A DNA stretch of 64,000 nucleotides from Patescibacteria group bacterium (GTDB lineage Bacteria > Patescibacteriota > Microgenomatia > UBA1400 > PJMF01): positions 988,758 to 1,052,757 of the forward strand of contig BOKX01000001.1 in NCBI GenBank assembly GCA_016861205.1. Reading direction: 5' to 3'. Below, one piece after another: positions 62,588 through 64,000 of this stretch. How positions within the stretch are numbered: the stretch's first letter is position 1; each line of letters begins with the position of its first letter. Position numbers and translations under genes: made by a program. The notes below the pieces were generated by a model. It had not been told where the DNA came from and made no database searches. It saw only the letters and a list, made by a program, of their open reading frames with translations.

Positions 62588-64000
62588 TTAGCGCCGTTTA
62601 AACATTTTTTCCAGCTCCAGAATAGTGATTTCGATTTGGGTGGGCCGACCGTGAGGGCATGTGGTGTGGTTTGGTGTTTGCCACAGTTTTAGCAGTAATT
62701 CTTGCCGCTGGGCTGGTGCTACAAAGTCACCGGCTTTAATAGCTTGATGACAAGCCAAATACGCGGCGGTTCGTTCAGCCTGTGAATCAAGTCCGACGAG
62801 CGGTTTACCACTTTCAATGTCGTGTAGCACTTCGTGCAGCACTGTTTCGATCGAGTGATCGAGCAACAGTTGTGGTACCTGACTGACCTGAAAAGTGTGT
62901 GGCCCAAACTCATTAATTTCCCAGCCCAGCTGAGAGAGGTCAGCCAGATGATCTTGTAGGAGCTGAGCATAGCTTGGTTCGAGCTGAATCAGGATTGGCT
63001 CGGAGAGAGTAGCCGATGTTGCGTGACCAGCTAGTTGGTTAAGTTGACTGATGTACTGCTCAAATAAAATTCGCTCGTGCACAGCATGCTGGTCAAACAA
63101 ACTTAAGCCGTGGGGAGTGGCCACTGCTAGATAGGTTCGATCAATCTGCATAATTTCAGGTGGTTGCTCAGAATCGAACTTCCATGGCAGGGTCACATTT
63201 TGTAGTTGGTCGCGAGTGTGGAGCGAAGTCAGCCGAGGTAACGGCTGCCAGTTTGGTCCTGAGTCTGCCAGAGATAATGGCAATGATGCAGGGCGGGGTA
63301 GTGTTGGATAACGTTGGGGTGGTGTATGAAGAGCATCGCTTAGTGCCTGGCGGAGGGTTTTCCAGATAGTGTCATCATCCATGATGCGCACGGTGGTTTT
63401 ACGTGGGTGGGTATTTACATCGAGAAACTGAGGCGGCAGTTCGATGTTGAGCATCAACCATGGTTCAAGTTTCGGTGGTAGCAAACTGCCGTAGACTTCT
63501 TTGCAGAGCTGGCTGAGCTGTGGCAGGCTGACTGGGCGATGATTTACGGCCAGAAAATGGTGCCGGCGATGGGGTTTGGCTAGCTGTGGCGAGCCGAGCC
63601 AACCTTGGAGTTTGACGGGCCAGGCTTCAAATGTGAGGGGATGGAGTTTGGTGGTGACTGTTTGGCCAAAAACATCGGTTAGCCGGGTGGCTGCGGTTTG
63701 GCCAGCTGGGACGAGTAACAGAATTTTATTCTGATGATAAAGGCTAAATCCGACATGCGGATGATGAATGGCCAACTGAGTCACGATCTCGACGCTGCGA
63801 CGCAGCTCGGTGCTGAGTTTTTTTAGAAACTTGAGCCGGGCGGGTTGGCGTTCGAATAAACCCAACACTTCAACTTGGGTGCCGGGCATCATGGCCTGAG
63901 GGTGCGGTGTGCTCAGCTGACCTTCGGTCACACGAATTTGAGTGCCGACAGCGCTCCCAGGTGGCCGGCTGGCCAGGACTACGTCTGCCACGCTGACCAG
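62588..64000 (-). CDS. mutL: DNA mismatch repair protein MutL (C-terminal about 470 aa; the N-terminus lies beyond the window end)
   Basis: C-terminal dimerisation domain ending …TTCPHGRPTQIEITILELEKMFKRR (conserved CPHGRP motif). The upstream part (…LFERQPARLKFLKK…) matches the MutL transducer region. The ORF is open at 64000. Confidence 0.85.
   Translation of the reverse strand: MVSVADVVLASRPPGSAVGTQIRVTEGQLSTPHPQAMMPGTQVEVLGLFERQPARLKFLKKLSTELRRSVEIVTQLAIHHPHVGFSLYHQNKILLLVPAGQTAATRLTDVFGQTVTTKLHPLTFEAWPVKLQGWLGSPQLAKPHRRHHFLAVNHRPVSLPQLSQLCKEVYGSLLPPKLEPWLMLNIELPPQFLDVNTHPRKTTVRIMDDDTIWKTLRQALSDALHTPPQRYPTLPRPASLPLSLADSGPNWQPLPRLTSLHTRDQLQNVTLPWKFDSEQPPEIMQIDRTYLAVATPHGLSLFDQHAVHERILFEQYISQLNQLAGHATSATLSEPILIQLEPSYAQLLQDHLADLSQLGWEINEFGPHTFQVSQVPQLLLDHSIETVLHEVLHDIESGKPLVGLDSQAERTAAYLACHQAIKAGDFVAPAQRQELLLKLWQTPNHTTCPHGRPTQIEITILELEKMFKRR

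Overview
This 64 kb window looks like chromosomal DNA from a small-genome bacterium; a CPR/Patescibacteria-like (Saccharibacteria-type) lineage is plausible. That placement is inference from gene content and is not proven.

What the window contains:
- **Translation/core block, scattered:** partial HTH gene, rplL, rplJ, thrS, rplA, rplK, nusG, secE, then rpmG (L33) and tRNA-Trp several kb away. Unrelated genes sit between nusG and rplK and elsewhere, and rpoB does not follow rplL.
- **tRNAs:** five tRNA loci (Thr-GGT, Tyr-GTA, a truncated tRNA-like copy, Thr-TGT, Trp-CCA). An HNH endonuclease gene ends inside tRNA-Trp.
- **Cell envelope:** mreB-like, mreC, mreD-like and PBP2 (mrdA) in one operon, plus two large TPR-fused membrane glycosyltransferase-like proteins.
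- **Translation factors and DNA metabolism:** fmt, def, epmA-efp, dprA, topA, recR, cysS, and the 3' end of mutL running off the window.
- **dTTP synthesis/salvage cluster:** dCMP deaminase (fused to an unknown domain), HIT, thyA, dut, folA, an HD nucleotidase, a deoxynucleoside kinase and tmk, with two large unknown proteins embedded.

The most unusual element is a two-gene surface module at 8573-11832. It pairs a signal-peptide protein ending in a textbook type-I dockerin with a membrane-anchored cohesin-like protein that carries three copies of a 6-Cys repeat and a Pro-rich cytoplasmic tail. A distinctive 4-Cys motif (CPDG...NC.F.PCP) in the dockerin protein recurs in a small membrane-anchored protein at 21080.

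Other items worth a second look: a candidate attenuator leader in front of thrS, a structured 270-nt intergenic region next to tRNA-Thr, a CobA/BtuR-like fusion protein, and a fused dCMP deaminase.

No rRNA, CRISPR array, integrase or transposase was recognised.
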